DNA of 64,000 bases from Lama guanicoe. Its lineage: Eukaryota. Of this stretch, positions 49,101 through 63,886 are shown piece by piece (the stretch's first letter is position 1; the number at the start of each line of letters is the position of its first letter). Both the position numbers and the translations under genes were made by a program. Under the pieces are notes generated by a model that made no database searches, had not been told where the DNA came from, and saw nothing but the letters and a program-made list of their open reading frames with translations. Location of the stretch: contig MU054132.1 in NCBI GenBank assembly GCA_013239625.1, positions 868,001 through 932,000 on the forward strand, in the 5' to 3' direction.

Positions 49101-50204
49101 AGGTACACAAAGAGACAATGTGAACAGCTAAGGAAGGTGGAACAAAACGAGAAAAGCTAGGGACCTGATGATATCATTGAGCAGTGTAAAGAATCTTGGA
49201 ATTGCCAATCTGAAGAAATCAAGTTGAACAAAAAACAAATGTCCTGTTGGTTTAATGTACTGCTAGTCAGACTTTCTAGTCCACGTAGGCAAAAGCATTT
49301 CTAACAGATTTAACAATAAATTTCCTCATTTGGTCCTAATTTAGCTCCCACATTCTATCCACAAATACTAAGTAGTACCATATAGTCTCCATTTTACCAC
49401 AACAATTGCTCTACAGCTAAAGACAAATGGTCCTTCTTCAGAAATGGTTGATAAATATGAAATCAAATACTCTCTTTTTCCTACCTGCAGAGCAGAAATA
49501 ATTCTGAGATCTAGTTATATAAGGATTTGCAAGAATCTCCAAAGACATGAAGAAACTCAAATAAGCATTCCATATGCTGGTTGACAGAGATACCATGCAT
49601 TGTCACTGGCTTACCACAGTCTTCTGCTTTCATAAAAAAGTTAACATTGTCAGTGGCAGGTATCTTCAGCTACTGTTCTGAAACCCTTTGGGGAAATAAG
49701 TAGGTTGTACACTCAAATGCATACAAGCACTAGGGAACTAATCTACAATGAATGAGGTGGGCTAAGTTAAGAAAAACTGGAATCTGAAGAAATGCCCTAT
49801 TTCAAAGTAACATCTGTTACTCAAGGCCAGTCAATTACTGCTGTGTGTGAATGAGGGCCCAGAACTGCCAGATCTTCCAGATTTCTAGAGTTAGAAAACC
49901 TAGACTACTTTGTCAAAGCTCCGGTATTTGAACAATGTTGGCAGAAGATTAAAAACAAACAAACAAAAAGAACCCCAATCTGAGCCAAAGTAACACATAC
50001 AGAGGCTTGATCTCCCCTACTAACAGCAAGCATGTCATCTCTAGCATATTCAAATTTTAACAGTCCAAGAAAATTCTATTACAACTCATTACAAGGATTT
50101 AAAATTTTCAGAATAAATTCCAAAGCAGTATTTAAAATGCCAGTCACAGAAACCCAGCAACTGCCTCTTATGTGAATAAAGGGCCCCATCAGTAACCTCC
50201 TTAC

Positions 50205-50264
50205 CTCCAAGAGTAGAAGGGTCTCCTGTTCAGTCCATTCTCTTCCAGCACTAGCACCTTTACT
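50205..50264 (-). CDS. SMARCC1: SMARCC1 coding exon (~exon 19), 60 nt, SKGASAGREWTEQETLLLLE, start of SANT
   Basis: ctttag|AGTAAA...TTGGAG|gtaagg; WTEQETLLLLE is SANT helix 1. Confidence 0.96.
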
Positions 50265-51564
50265 CTAAAGAAACAAATTCAGAAATTATTTACTTATTCA
50301 TAAAGGTTGAATGTGGAGCTCAGTGGGGTTTCTTCCTCAGTTCTGGGGACTGTTTTATGCAAACCATCAAAACAAGTCCCTGAATAACAGAAATAAAACA
50401 CATAACAAACCTAAACTCCCAAAAGAAAGGCTGACTTAATTCAAAGATTTCTTGCTGTCTACCAAGGAATCAAGGACTATTTAGACATATTATTTTTATT
50501 ATTTTGTTATTCAAAAATATCTTTTGAAGTGACAATGGATGGCATAGTTATACTATGCATGAGCTGTATTATAAACATAGAACAAATATTTGGTATAACT
50601 TAAAGGCAGTACTTTTTCCAAGATTCAAGGACAAACTGTACTACATATAAAACACTCTGGCAGATTCTTGATTCCAAGTGCAAAAGTTTTGTACTATTTC
50701 ATTTTAACATCTCTTGATTAATAAAATCTCCAACCGATTCATAGTTCTTGATTTGCAGACCCTACTCCATTCACAGACATGCAGAGGACTGGTTGTGTAG
50801 TATATCTGACATCATTCTTTAGCTGCATACATTACTAATTCAAAATATACATTCTAACATATTATCCTTTCTCTGAAAATTCTATTCTGGTGGATTACAA
50901 TTTAAGAAATGAAGAGAAAATTTCTATAGTCTTGGACTTCTTTGTGTCAATAAAGTTTCTCAATTCACCTGACAACCTTTCTGCACATTGTGCTACACTC
51001 TGCAAGTAAAAAATGTAATTTAATAGGTCTCTGTGATCTTCAGTCCATATCATTATGAATATTTGTTCACTTGCAAAAATGTGCTAAGAATACCTACTAG
51101 AGAGAATGAAAAGAGAAAGCTAAGAATTGCAAATTAAAGTCCTAAAATATGCCTTTATGAGAAAGATACAGCTGTAACTTCCAATATATTGCTCAGATTC
51201 CTTGAGGATTACTTTAAAAGAACCAAACAAAGGTTATTCTTTTAATGAACAAACATCTGAAGTGACCAACAGTCAGACTTAGAGACATGAGAGAAACAAA
51301 ATTCATGAACATTTCATCTAAATTCTGATTAAAAAAAAAAACAACCCAATATAGGGAAGATCTATATAACCGAGGCATGAATGACATTTATTCGGTAGGT
51401 CCACAGTAACCATTTCCCAACTTTTCAGCCACAAAGTATGAAAAGGATTTTCTCCATTCCTACTGGCTTAAGTCAGTTAATATTTTTTCTCTTGATTAGA
51501 GCTGGATGAGGTAGAGCTGCATAACTTCATCAGGGCCAGGGTTTCTACACGATTTTGGAAATCT

Positions 51565-52240
51565 TTTCTTTTGGATTTATTGAGGTATATAATATACATA
51601 CAACAAAATTTACAAATCTTAGAGTGTGACAGTTCTTTCAGCCATTTAAAATGTTGTTACATTGTCCTCTGGCTTCAAAAGTTAGACATCAGTTTTTACA
51701 TTATACCTTTGATTATAATATGTCCTTTCCCACCCCTACGCCCACTCTCCCTGGCTGCTTTCATGATGTTAGCTTTAAGAGTTTAAGCATCATGTGCCTG
51801 CGCATGGTTTTCCCTATATCCAAACTTCAATGTGCTCAGTTCTTATTTTATGAGTTGATATCCTTTCATTAGTTATGGAAAAATTTTCAAATATTGCTTC
51901 TATGCCATTCTTTATAGGTATGTAATGATAAATATTAATTCTTTTTACTAAATCTCATGTGTCTTGCACTCTTTTTGTCTTGTGCCTTCAACTACAAACA
52001 GCTTCTTTTTCTCTAAGTTTTTCAGTTTCAACAGATCAACTAACCTGAGTTCACTAATCCTGTCTTCTGTTGAGTCCAGCCTGCTGTTAAACCCATCCAA
52101 ATGGGTTAATTTCAGGTATATTTTCAAATAGTCAATAGTTATTTAATTCTTTTTATATATTTCAATTCTCTGTTGAAATTCTCCACTTTCCTTATATTTT
52201 CTTTAATATACTAATCACAGTTATTTTTAAATACCTATCT
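51565..52240 (-). mobile_element. Old L1 fragments, minus strand
   Basis: tttattgaggtatataatatacatacaacaaaatttaca; cattgtcctctggcttc; ctgctgttaaacccatcca. Confidence 0.6.
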
Positions 52241-52427
52241 TCTAACCATAAGGAAAAAAAGGTAAAGGTAAGTGACTATTTTATAAAATGCCATCAGATT
52301 TAAGTAGAAAGCTTACCTCCAGAAATTAAATTAAATTTCTTATGGAAAATAATGCTTTTTAGAAAAAAGAAGGACGGGAGAGGACATGCTAGATTCTAGT
52401 CCATGTGTCCCTAGAAAAAATCCTCAC

Positions 52428-52541
52428 CTTTGCTAAAGTTTTCTTGGAGTAAATGTCAGTACGAAGACCAAAGTTCTGCAAATCAATTGGTTTTTCCTTG
52501 TTCTTCTCAGGAAAATTTAACATCTGCTGAGCAGCAGGAAC
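52428..52541 (-). CDS. SMARCC1: SMARCC1 coding exon (~exon 18), 114 nt, [38 protein letters not shown]
   Basis: ctcatag|GTTCCT...GCAAAG|gtgagg; phase 0-0. Confidence 0.96.
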
Positions 52542-53226
52542 CTATGAGTCAGATAAATGATAAGTGGCTGTATTAACCTCTACAAAGTCAAGCGAACAGA
52601 ACTTTTTAAGACTGTTTAATATTGGCACTTAAACCATTCCTGGTGGAGATTCTACAAAAAAAAAAAACCCATCTCACACTACACTTCTAACAAGATTTCA
52701 TCATATAAGAAACATTTTCCTGTCTCTTTTAAGTCACAGAGAAAATAGACAACAAATTTTCTTTAATATTTCACAATGAAGGGCAATCTGTAGCTGAGAT
52801 TTGTGCTATTCCAACTGAACGGTATACATAATCCAGTTGACTATCCTTTCAACCATGTGTGTATGGATGTCCCTTTTCCAAATGTTAGGAAAGGGAAGAA
52901 GTCTTAAACAATTTAACAGATTTAAAAGTCTGCTTTTTTATTAGTGTCTTTGATGGGAGAAGTGATAAGGGAGTCATGGGTATGAAAATTAATCTGTAAC
53001 ATAGATTATAGGATAAAGCAGAGAGTCTCAGGGTTAATGGGAAAGCATTACCTTAAACACTAAATATTCTTATGGATTCAAACATTTACAACACATAAAA
53101 AAAACCCATAACCAATCAACTAAGAAACAGCACTCTTACATGACTATGATACTAATTCCTGAATAAGAATGCTAAAGTGGTTGTCTGCTACCACCCAGAC
53201 CTGAAGAAAAGGCAGCACTAATTTAC

Positions 53227-53380
53227 CTGAGGTGACCGAAGATGTAGAGGCACAAGCCCAGAGGGGGTATCAGCTAAGACGTTGAAATGAGGAGTCGGAG
53301 GAGGTCCCATGGCCATGGGTCGACTTTCTGGATCCACTTGGTAATTAACAAGCCCCCACTGCTCTAAAAAGGCATGAACC
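53227..53380 (-). CDS. SMARCC1: SMARCC1 coding exon (~exon 17), 154 nt, [51 protein letters not shown]
   Basis: Within ORF 53218..53409; tctttag|GGTTCAT...CTCAG|gtaaat. Confidence 0.97.
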
Positions 53381-53829
53381 CTAAAGAATAAAACTCTGAA
53401 AGTTAACATCTAGAGAAGGTATCTCTTCTTCTTCATAACCATCATTACATTTTATTAAAAACAGTAACAAAAAAACATGTTCTCTCTCTGTAGGCTACAA
53501 AGCATCACAAAGTAATTGACAATTTTGATTTGAGAGTTTGAATTTTTACAAACTCAAAATAATGTTGATAATATAACATCCCCAAATCTAGTTTTATAAA
53601 GTCTAACCATTTCAATCACAGAAATGAGAACAAACGCTCACACAGGTCTATGGAGAAAGAACTCACACATAGACCAAACTCACAAAAAGAGATTTACATT
53701 TTGTTTTTTTTCTTTAGACAGATTGAGGACACAGAACTTATTCCCCACCCCAACAATCTCCATCTCTGGTCATTTGATGATTTGACTACACAGTTAAAGA
53801 TGTAAAATGTAAAATCTTTAAAAAAAAAA

Positions 53830-54850
53830 AAAGTGAAAAGACAATCTACTGAAAGGTAGAAAATACTTGCAATTGATATGACCGATAAGGGATTAATATC
53901 CAACATATATAAACAACTCATACAGCTCAATATCAAAAAAACAAACAAACAAAAAAACCCTGATTAAAAAAATAGGCAGAACTGAATAGATATTTTTCCA
54001 AAGAGGAAATGCAGATGGCCAACAGGCACATGAAAAGATGCTCAACATCGCTAATCATCAGGGAAAAGTAAATCAAAACTACAATGAGATATCATCTCAC
54101 ACCTGACAGAATGGCTATCATAAAAAAGAACACAAGTAACAAATGTTGGTGAGGATGTGAAGAAAAGGGAACCTTTGCACACTATTGGTAGGAATGTAAA
54201 CTGATGCAGCCACTGTGGAAAACAGCATGAAGATTTCTCAAAAAACTAAAAATAGAACTACCATATAACCCAGTAATTCTACTCCTGGGTATATATCTGA
54301 AAAACAAAACAAAATAAACAAACAAAAACAAAAAATCCCAACTCATTCAGAAAGATATATGTACCCCAATGTTCACAGCAGCATTATTTATAATTGCCAA
54401 GATATGAAAGCAACCTAAGTGTCCATCAATAGATGAATGTGTAAAGAAGATGTGGTGTACATACATATAATGGACTACTACTCAGCCATAAAAAAGAATG
54501 AAATTTTGCCATTTGCAGCAACAAGAATGGACTTGGAGGGTATTATGCTAAGTGAAATAAAAGACAGATAAAGACAAATACTGTATGATTATCACTTATA
54601 TGTGGAATCTAAGAAAAATACAACAAACTAGTGAATATAACAAAAAAGCAGACTCAGAGAGAACAAATTAGTGGTTACCAGTAGGAAGGTGGGGAGGGGT
54701 AACACAGGAGTGGGGAACTGGGAGGTGTAAACTATTGGGTATGAGGCAGGCTACAAGGATGTATTGTAAAACTCAAAGAATATGGTCAATATTTTGTGAT
54801 AACTGTAAATGAGTGTAACTTTAAAAAATTATATTTAAAGAAATTTTTTA
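53830..54850 (+). mobile_element. 5'-truncated L1 (ORF2 C-terminus and 3' UTR)
   Basis: ccgataagggattaatatccaacatatataaacaactc...ggcacatgaaaagatgctcaacatc...caaggatgtattgta. Confidence 0.9.
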
Positions 54851-54988
54851 AAGAAGATGCTTTAGGTATTTTATTAACCAAGAAAACATCCAGTTTAATC
54901 AACCAAACATTAGCAATGTATCAGTAACCACCTGTAGTGAAGTATCTTAAACAAACAAACAAACAAAAAAAAAACCAAGGTATTTTTA

Positions 54989-55147
<159 letters not shown>

Positions 55148-55479
55148 TCAGAAACAATAAACTGATAGAGCCAAGATTTAAATATTCCTTACAACCAAAT
55201 ATAACAAAAAGTTAAGACAACAGCCCAATACAAAACCAACAGTGATACGACACTGAGTATTTACAGTCATGAGTGGAACTCAGAGTAAGTAAGAATCTCT
55301 AACATGTAAACAACAGTTTACAAACATGTAACAAGTAAAATAGAGTCGTCTTATGAAGTCAAGATGAAGTAACATAAACACAAACTTGGTCACAGAGGTG
55401 AACTGATAAATTCTTAGTTGCCTGCAGAATTTGCAAATAACACAGTTACTCAGGCTGTCTCCCTGACTACACTACTGTG

Positions 55480-55685
55480 TATCTAGCACTTACTGTGTGT
55501 CAGCCATAGGTCCAAGCACCTTCCATGTGGTTAACTCATTTAACCCTTACTATCTTTCTACAGGGTAGATCTATTATTACTCCACTTATAAATGATTAAA
55601 GAATGTGTCCTGGACCACAAGGCAGGTAATTGGTAGAGCTAGAATTCAGCAGTATGGTGACTCTGGAATGCATGCTCTTAGCATA
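55480..55685 (-). mobile_element. MIR SINE
   Basis: agcacttactgtgtgtcagcca...taactcatttaaccctta...gtaattggtagagctagaattc. Confidence 0.7.
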
Positions 55686-57112
55686 TGCTGTATTTCATTT
55701 CTATACTCTTCCTAGAGCTACATATGGATTTAGCTCTGACAATGGCTATATACTTTCTGGCTGGCAGTTTTTCAGAGAACTCAGTGAGGCAATAAGCAGA
55801 ACCTATGAAACCAAATTCAGAGGTAAGACAAGACATAAAAAAAGAGAAAAACTGAGATTCTAAGTCACAGCAGATTCCACAATGTACCCAAGCATTTCTG
55901 CCACAAAATCGTTAAAACAAGTATGTTAAGAAAGTAGAGACCTAGAAAAATTTCCTGCCACAAAAGTAAAGCAAAACTGTGGCAGCTTATAGTTAGCTAC
56001 ATCATAGTAGAAAAGGTATACTACTCAAAAAGGATCCAGTATAAGGACAGGTGGATAAACAGACTGAAAGGTGAATTTACAACTTTAAATGGGCTAAAAG
56101 GTTTTAAATAGAAGACTGTCAAGAATCGTAAGTACTTATAAATACTAGAAATAAGCAAATTAGCCAAGAGAATATACCATGTCCAAATAGGTGGAGAAAC
56201 TATCAAGAAAACTAACAGGGTTTCTTATGCCAAATCTTTGATCTGGATTTAAATGACTCCTTACAGCTTTATTATGAAAAGGCTGGAATTTGCTTTTACA
56301 TCTAAATTTAAAATCTCAAACTATCACAGATAATTTACCATCAGAAAACATTTATTATTCAATTTTCTGTATTACGCCATGTGCTTTATATGTAAAATTA
56401 TCCTTCCGTAAATGATTTAAAACAAAAGACATCTATTTGTGCCATCACTTATGTTTAACAGACAACGGAATAACTCTATGAAGGTAATATGTGGAGAAGT
56501 AACTACAGTATGATAGAAGTGAATTTATTTTAGGGGCAAAGATTTCTGGAAGTACATAATTAAGGTTCAAGTGGCAAAGGTAAAAATACTTTTGAACGTC
56601 TTCTTTCCAATAAAAAACTTTTCTGTTTCCAATGCTTTATGTAATTAAGATCAATTCAGATGCAGTTATACCATATTTGACATTCTTTTAATTACAAGTC
56701 ATTCATCAGGAAAATAAGATAAAGATTTCATTTTCCCCTAGATTATAGATAAATACATGTAATCAGTAACACACATGCACTCACCAGGTGGGAACTGTTA
56801 GGGAGAAACCTGAACTGGTTTTAGTGAACACTTGTTATTGAATTCAATCTTTGGTTGCCACAGCTGACGTGTATGTAGTTCAAGATTTAGGAAAAAAATT
56901 TTTGAAACAAACAATTTCCTTTGAAGCAAGGAATGCTGTGTAGCTGAAAAACTGTTCTGAACATTTACAAACTTCCACACATCAGCAAAGATTAACTCAG
57001 AAGTGTGCTTTAAGAACTGCCTGCCCAACACATCCAAATATTCATTTTTCTAAATACTGGCCCCACTAAAATATCTAACAATATCAAGATTACATCTTTA
57101 TATTTCACTCAC

Positions 57113-57184
57113 ATCTCTGGAGTCTTGGATTTGTTTTTTCCATTGAAAAACTCAGGAAGAGCACGCCGTTCAATTACATGAATA
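57113..57184 (-). CDS. SMARCC1: SMARCC1 coding exon (~exon 15), 72 nt, [29 protein letters not shown]
   Basis: ctttcag|TATTCAT...GAGAT|gtgagt; frame continuous with neighbours. Confidence 0.97.
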
Positions 57185-59236
57185 CTGAAAGGGAAAAAAA
57201 GGAAAGAATTGGAAAAAACAAAATTCTTTGAAAAATAAAAATATTCTAAAATTTTAGTTAAGTTCATTTAATTTTCAAAGTAAAAAGGATAAACCCAAAA
57301 CTGAGCACTACTTGCAAAATTTAATTGGCTTGCACAAGTTCCTATTTATTAACAGCATGTAATAATGATGTTAAAGAATATATGTGTAATATATATAATA
57401 GTTATATATAATATATAGTTAAAGGTTTCCCTTTCTCACTCTTAATGCTTAATGTAGTTTTTCTATTCCCATAACCAAACTCAAAAAGTTCTATCAACAC
57501 ATTGAATGTTTTAGATTTTATTATGTTCTTGTCATAGCACACCACGACTAGATGATGAGCCACAAGACAGGAAGAGTTCTCTGCAAACTGGCTGACAAAA
57601 ATCACAGTACTTGGCACAGCAACAAACTGGTGAAATGAATGGCTGTCCAAAAGACAATGGAATTACAATAACCAGTTTCTCATGCTCTTAATATTAATGC
57701 CCCTTTTCGTTCAGCCATCAGAAGCTTAAAAAGACCACAGAACTAATTTTTAACCATTAGGTAAAGGTGCTGATAAGTTTATAAAATGTTACAGGTGATA
57801 AGCACTATAGAGACCATGTGAAATGATCAGGCCTAAAACACTTTACAAATGAGCCAAGTGTATATCTAGCACAAAGGTTTTGACACAAATATTACTCAAA
57901 GTTTTTCCTGATGACCAACTTTAGTTTCTCAGTGGCTTTCCAGATATGCAACATGTCCTGGCTACATGGGAAAGAGCAAATCAATAGTCTTTGAATAAAA
58001 CTAGAAGCACTCTTTCATTATTTGGTAATATTTAAACTGTCTAAACTGAACATGTACTACCAAGTAGTATAAATTGGTAGTACTATAAATTAAACGAACT
58101 ACCTGAAAACTTCCTAGGAAGATTATTTCTAAGATTAATTAATGCTCTATAGATATATGTGTAATGACTTTCCAAGTTTTGCTATAAAAAGATAACTGTA
58201 AGCAATATACTGGTTCTAACATACCTCTCATTGTTTTGTTACAAAAAAGGCCACAAAAACAATTTCTATATTCACCAAAAACAAAACACACAAGAACGTT
58301 TAATCCCAAGTACCTTCTCTTTCAAAAGCTATGTTTGCTGTACTGGCAACTGATTCCTTAGGTTCTGAAATAGTCAAGTAGTAAAAGAAATCGGATATTC
58401 AGAATCAGAAAACCCAAGTTCTTCCAATTATCAATTCTGTGACGTTGGAACATTTCAACTGAAGCAGTAGTTATCTCATTCATAAGTCAGAGCTGTAACT
58501 AATACCTCCACTATCCATCTAACAGCACACTTCGTGACTTGCAATGGTCATCATGCAAATGGAAGTGTTTCTATAACCTATAAAAACCTACAAAATGAAT
58601 TACTATTATGATTTTCCCCTTTTCCAATTTGAGAGAAAAAGAATGCTAGCTTCTCAAGTGTGTCCTTTAAACCATTTGAATCTTAACCTCTAACTACAAA
58701 TAATAATAAAGAAACTTCCAAATTTAAAAGTAACTTGACATAATAATCAATGACTAACTTTCAAAGAAGAGCTATATACTTAACTATCTTTCAGTATCTA
58801 CTTATTTAAAACATTTCAAAATAGCATTCAGAGTTGGTTTTTAAAGGTTTGCTGAAAAGTCTCAATATTAGAGCCGTATCTCTTGGTTTTGGACAAAAAT
58901 AGTTATGATTCAAGTAGACCACTCACCTTATTCTATTAAATTGACTTTTAAACACATATATACATTTAAAATCACACCTACTCTTAAAAACGATAATGTA
59001 ATGAACACTGAAAGCAGGCAAAAGATCCAAACAAGACCACAACACTCTGAGTAATGGTAGCACTACTGGACTATATATACAACCTTCCAATGAATGCACT
59101 TTAAAGAAACTAATGCCAGTATTTGGAGGGGTAAGTTCTGGGACATAAAATTAAAAATAAAAAACCAATCAAATAAAAATCAGCCTGATGCAGAGGTTAC
59201 ACTTCATAAGTAATCAATAAGTAAGATACCTAGGCT

Positions 59237-59454
59237 TGAGGTTTGTAGATACTGACAGGTATATATACAGTAGATAAACAAATTTATATTGTATAGCACA
59301 GGGAAATATATTCAAGATCTTGTAGTAGCTCATGGTGAAAAAGAATATGAAAATGAATATATGTATATTCCTGTATGACTGAAAATTGTGCTGTACACCA
59401 GAAATTGATACAACATTGTAAACTGACTATAACTCAATTAAAAAAAAAATAAAA
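59237..59454 (+). mobile_element. 5'-truncated L1 3' end
   Basis: gtatagcacagggaaatatattcaa...caacattgtaaactgactataactcaatt then poly-A; TSD aagata(c/t)ctaggct at 59223-59236 and 59455-59468. Confidence 0.9.
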
Positions 59455-59968
59455 AAGATATCTAGGCTGCATTTATTTCTAACCATGCTCCAATGACACC
59501 ACAATAGTTGTGGTAAATGACAGGGAGGATGCTGAGGAGGTCTGTTTTCTTGAACTTTTTCACATTCCAAGGTTTATACTTGAAAAATCTCCTGTTTCCA
59601 ATTAACATAAGCCATTACTGAGCAGTAAGATGAGTTTTTCTTTATATATTTAGTATTCTAAAAATCATATAATGAACATCAGTACCTTATAATTTTTAAA
59701 TACTCAAGCATTTGCCTATCTGAACTATAAATGACTCCAAATGAGTTAGGTTCAAGTTTACCAAATTTTGTAACTTTAAATTACAATATAACCTAACATT
59801 CATCCCTAAGCTGTTTTAAAGAACACATTTCAAAGTTAAAATAAAATCACTTCCCATCCCCCTTCATCCCGTGTGACAGTGATTACTGATGAGGGGACGT
59901 GAGCAGAATATAATTTCAAGGAAAGTTTTCCACTCCTAAATACCTCGTTCACAAAGTGACCTACTCAC

Positions 59969-60090
59969 CAGTTATAGTCAAACCAGGATGCATAGCTAGG
60001 AATAATAATGTGATTGGTCTGCTCTGTCACATTATCTTCACCAGTGTCCAGTGACCGACTCTGATCACCTTTGCCAGGATCTTCATCTTC
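59969..60090 (-). CDS. SMARCC1: SMARCC1 coding exon (~exon 14), 122 nt, [41 protein letters not shown], start of SWIRM
   Basis: ctacag|GAAGAT...AACTG|gtgagt; [10 protein letters not shown] is the SWI3/SMARCC SWIRM signature. Confidence 0.97.
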
Positions 60091-60410
60091 CTGTAGAAAA
60101 GAAGTCAAAGTTCAGAGAAAGAGAACCACAGAGAGATATGGAACAGCTTTCAAACTTCTGATATTAGGTCACAGAAAATGAAGCTAGCCGATCCAATTTT
60201 AAGGAGCAGGAAAACAAATTTCAAGTAAAAATAGCCTTTCACAGTTCTTAAGGTACCTTCAAACAATGTCCTGATGAGGTAGCAAATTTCATTCCTTCTT
60301 CCTACAGATGAGGGAATAAACTCATAGAAGGCCCAAAACCTTTCCCACAGCAGCCTGCTACTTACTTGTCCTGTTATACCTAATCCTAGGATCACACATC
60401 TAAAAAATTA

Positions 60411-60490
60411 GTTTGGTTTTTTTTTAGGGGGGGAGGTTACTAGGTCAGTCTGTCTGTCTGTCTATCTATAGAAGCAGTACTGTGGATAGG
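60411..60490 (-). mobile_element. 5'-truncated SINE 3' half, Vic-1-like
   Basis: ttttagggggggaggttactagg...agcagtactgtggat resembles the 3' half of the other SINE copies. Confidence 0.6.
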
Positions 60491-62591
60491 ATATAAACAG
60501 GATAAAACTCCAGGAAGTCCAGCTAGAGGCCCTACACTCTTAACTACTCTCACTACTAAAAAATTAGCTCTGATTCTTATCAGATTTGCAAAGGTTTTGC
60601 AAATGATTCCACCGAAAAACCTGGGTTTGCTAATACAATAATGCCAAAAATCATTATTTTAGGTCAAAACACAGGAACATTTTTTATGCTACTAGTAAAC
60701 AGTAATAATTATGTTTAAATAATATTATCTGATATACAGTTTATATTCAAATGGATCCAAGTTTCCCAGAAATGTCCTTTATAGAATTTTCTCCCAAATC
60801 TGGAACATGATGAAGGATTTCACATTATATATGATATTTGTATCTCCAGTTTCTATTAATCCCTGCCTCTATTTCTGGGGGGTATTAAATGACATCAAAA
60901 TTATTGAAGAATCTAGACAAGACATCTTACAGAGCAACTAACACTCTCTATTTATCTCACTGATTCTTCATAATTAAACTTCAGATTAAACATTTTTAGT
61001 CAACAATAACTAAAGGAAAAAGTTTTTTTCACATTCAGTAGTTTTCAAATTTTGTACAATTATACTTATCAACCTTTCATCTGTGGTGTTTTTAACCTTT
61101 TGAAATTCTTTTCTGTTAAGAAACTAGTCAAATTTTGAATTGTATTCTTTTATAATGGTACCATAGTTTAATTTCTACTTTTAGTTAATTCAACCTAAAT
61201 TTCTCGTGTTATATTAATTTAAGTAAGGAACTACTAGAAACTTAAGACAATAGTTACCTTAATATCAATGAATATTAAAAAAAATTAATGTATGAAAGTA
61301 CCACAGAAACTCTGGTTGTTACTTAAATAATGTTGAAACAAATGTGTTAATATTGATGATGAAGATAAGAAACTGTATTTTCCAAATCAGGGAAGCTAGC
61401 AAAAAACTATGCTCATGGTTAATTTGCTTTTGTGGCATAGGTTTTACAAATTCAGCTCAATTTAAAAAATGTCCTTTATTCAGGAAAACCAGGGAGAGCC
61501 TGGCATTGCAATTAATAAAGGCTGACAGTCAACAGCTTAATTATCTCAGTGAGGAAAGAAGGAGGATGACATCATGGGACTGGGTGTTAGACCAGCTACC
61601 TCTCACTGTCCTAGGTTTAAGTTATGCAACAGACTTGCCCAGTTTCAAAATTACTTCCATACTTCGCATTAAAAAAAAATCATATAAGGAAATTCTTCGG
61701 CCTTCCATTTTGGTCTCCTTTACTATTACACAAAATTATTTACTCTAAATGATGACATCTTTTTACAAAGGTAATATTTATCAAGGTTTACAAGTAAGTT
61801 TGATTTAAAAGAAAGTATCATTAAGAACAATTCAGTTGAAGAGCTATTTGTAGAAGAGTTTCTTGAAAATACGCTTCCTTAAAATCCTGTCATGAATATG
61901 TTCATTTCATCAAAGTATAAAAAACAGTACGTGTCAATTTGGGAAAGTTCTCTGACTCATTGAGAAAAAAAAAAAAGAACTATCTACTTGTAGCAAATTA
62001 AGGAAGTTATTTCAAGGAGATTAAGGATTAGTTAAACATCTTACAGTTAGAGATGACAGACTGAATGAAATAACTGGTCATTTATGAAAAAGAGAAGCAA
62101 AACCCTGCCTTAAATCCAACACCTTCCAACAGCCTGATTATTGATATGTCTCCACAGCAGAACTGATGAAACAGGAAGTAGCTGACTGTAGGGCTCAAAA
62201 AAGGTGAAGAGCATGATCAAAGACTACAGCAGGGTGGACTAGGACTGCACTAATAGAAATGGGAGTGAGAAAATCAAAGCAAGGCATGGTCCCTGCTCAC
62301 CTGCACTGTTGGATAACACCTGGAACTCTGATTATTAACTTGCAACAAGGAGTAATGGAACCAGAAATTGTAGCATATTAAAGATACTACCTGGGAAAAT
62401 GGCCATTTCCTTTTGATAAAATTTTGGGGAGTCAAAAAAGACAGACTACTTTGGGGGTGTGTTAAAAAGAAATTAAAAACTCAGACCTCAAAACAGAGTA
62501 TTTCTAAGGACATTTCCAATTCAGTGCTGCTTCTGCTCAATACACAGGACCCTTAGAGTTACTGCTGCATCAGGCCTAACGAAATTGTTAC

Positions 62592-62629
62592 CTTTCCTCC
62601 TGTTGTGACTGTTTCTTCATCCTGCTCAT
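62592..62629 (-). CDS. SMARCC1: SMARCC1 coding exon (~exon 13), 38 nt, (D)EQDEETVTTGGK
   Basis: tttgcag|ATGAGCAG...GGAAAG|gtaac; peptide matches recalled BAF155 upstream of SWIRM; phase 1 to 0. Confidence 0.93.
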
Positions 62630-63449
62630 CTGCAAAATCAAAACACGTAATTTATTTAACAGGCAAAGCTGTCTGGATTACTTGAAAACTTTAAGGTTTA
62701 AGAAACTGATATTGGACAGAGAAAAGGAAAGAAACAGAGCATTATTCAAGCAAATTCACCTTGAATAATTCAGTAAATTAGAAATGGACAGAGAAGCACT
62801 GAGGTGAGTAAAAATACAAAGCACCAATCATTAAACATTTCCAAAAATAGGGAATATATAATTAATTACTGCTTGGGCTACTATCTTTGTCTTGATCTTA
62901 CTTAAAAATAGGTAAAGGACTTGGTTAGGGCTCTTGCCTTGTGAGGTTCAGTGAAACCAAGTAATGACATTTTGGATCCCAGAGGAAATGAGTAAAGAAT
63001 GAGGAGTAAAGAAGGAAGTGATAATCAATCCCTGTAGACAAAGTCCTGGTAAGAGTGTTAATAATACCTTCTGAGGATAGGGGACTCTAAGACCTAAATG
63101 CTGGCCTTGCAAAAGAACAGAAGCAAACCCATGTATAATTTAAACTAGGCAGCGGATTTCCACAGTGAAAAGTAAAAGTGCCAGTGTGGAAAGGGTAAGA
63201 GGTCACAGCACAAATAATTATACTATTAAGTTTCTATAACATTTTATTTTATATATAATTATTATGACCCTTAGTAGTGACTAAGACACTGTAAAGTTCA
63301 AAGAGAACACAGGGAAGCAATTTTTTTCATTTTTCATTCAATAAATATTTCCAACAATCTGCTATTTGAAAAGCACTAACTGAACTGCTTAGACCAAGGG
63401 ACAGCAATGCACAGCCGACTGGCTAAATCTGGCCCACTGCCTGTTTCTG

Positions 63450-63886
63450 TATGGAATCTGGGAATCTGACTCTCAGGTGTTCCTAGTCAACAGCTCACTG
63501 ATAAGAAGGAGGGTTCACTGTGCCTGGACTGTGCACAATGTAGCTTAGGATAAACTTCTGATAGCCTGAAATTCTGTAATGTGCTAGGCAGAGGGACCCT
63601 ACATGACCAGTAAAAACACTGATTGCAGTCTCAAACGGGCTTCCCTGCGTGCGTGTTGCTACAGTTCTTGCTGCTGGGGGAACAGTGGACTCTATGGCCC
63701 CGCATGTGAGGGAGAGAGCATCAGGAGGCCTGCACCCAGACTCTGCCTTTGTTATCTTCTCCCACGATCTGTCTGTGCTTTCTGTGCACTGAAATCTGTG
63801 TCAGCTGTGAGAACTGCATGCTGAGTTCCATGAGTTCCTCTAGAGAATCTCCACACCTGGGGATGGTCCTGGGGATTCCTATCACA
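63450..63886 (+). mobile_element. ERVL-type LTR (MER21/MER68/MER77-like)
   Basis: ctaggcagagggaccctacatgaccag...gggcttccctg...gctgagttccatgagttcctctag...gtcctggggattcctatcaca. Confidence 0.65.

Noticed and set aside
61344..61748. 134-aa plus-strand ORF
   Set aside because: Antisense intronic, non-ATG start, no recognisable homology.
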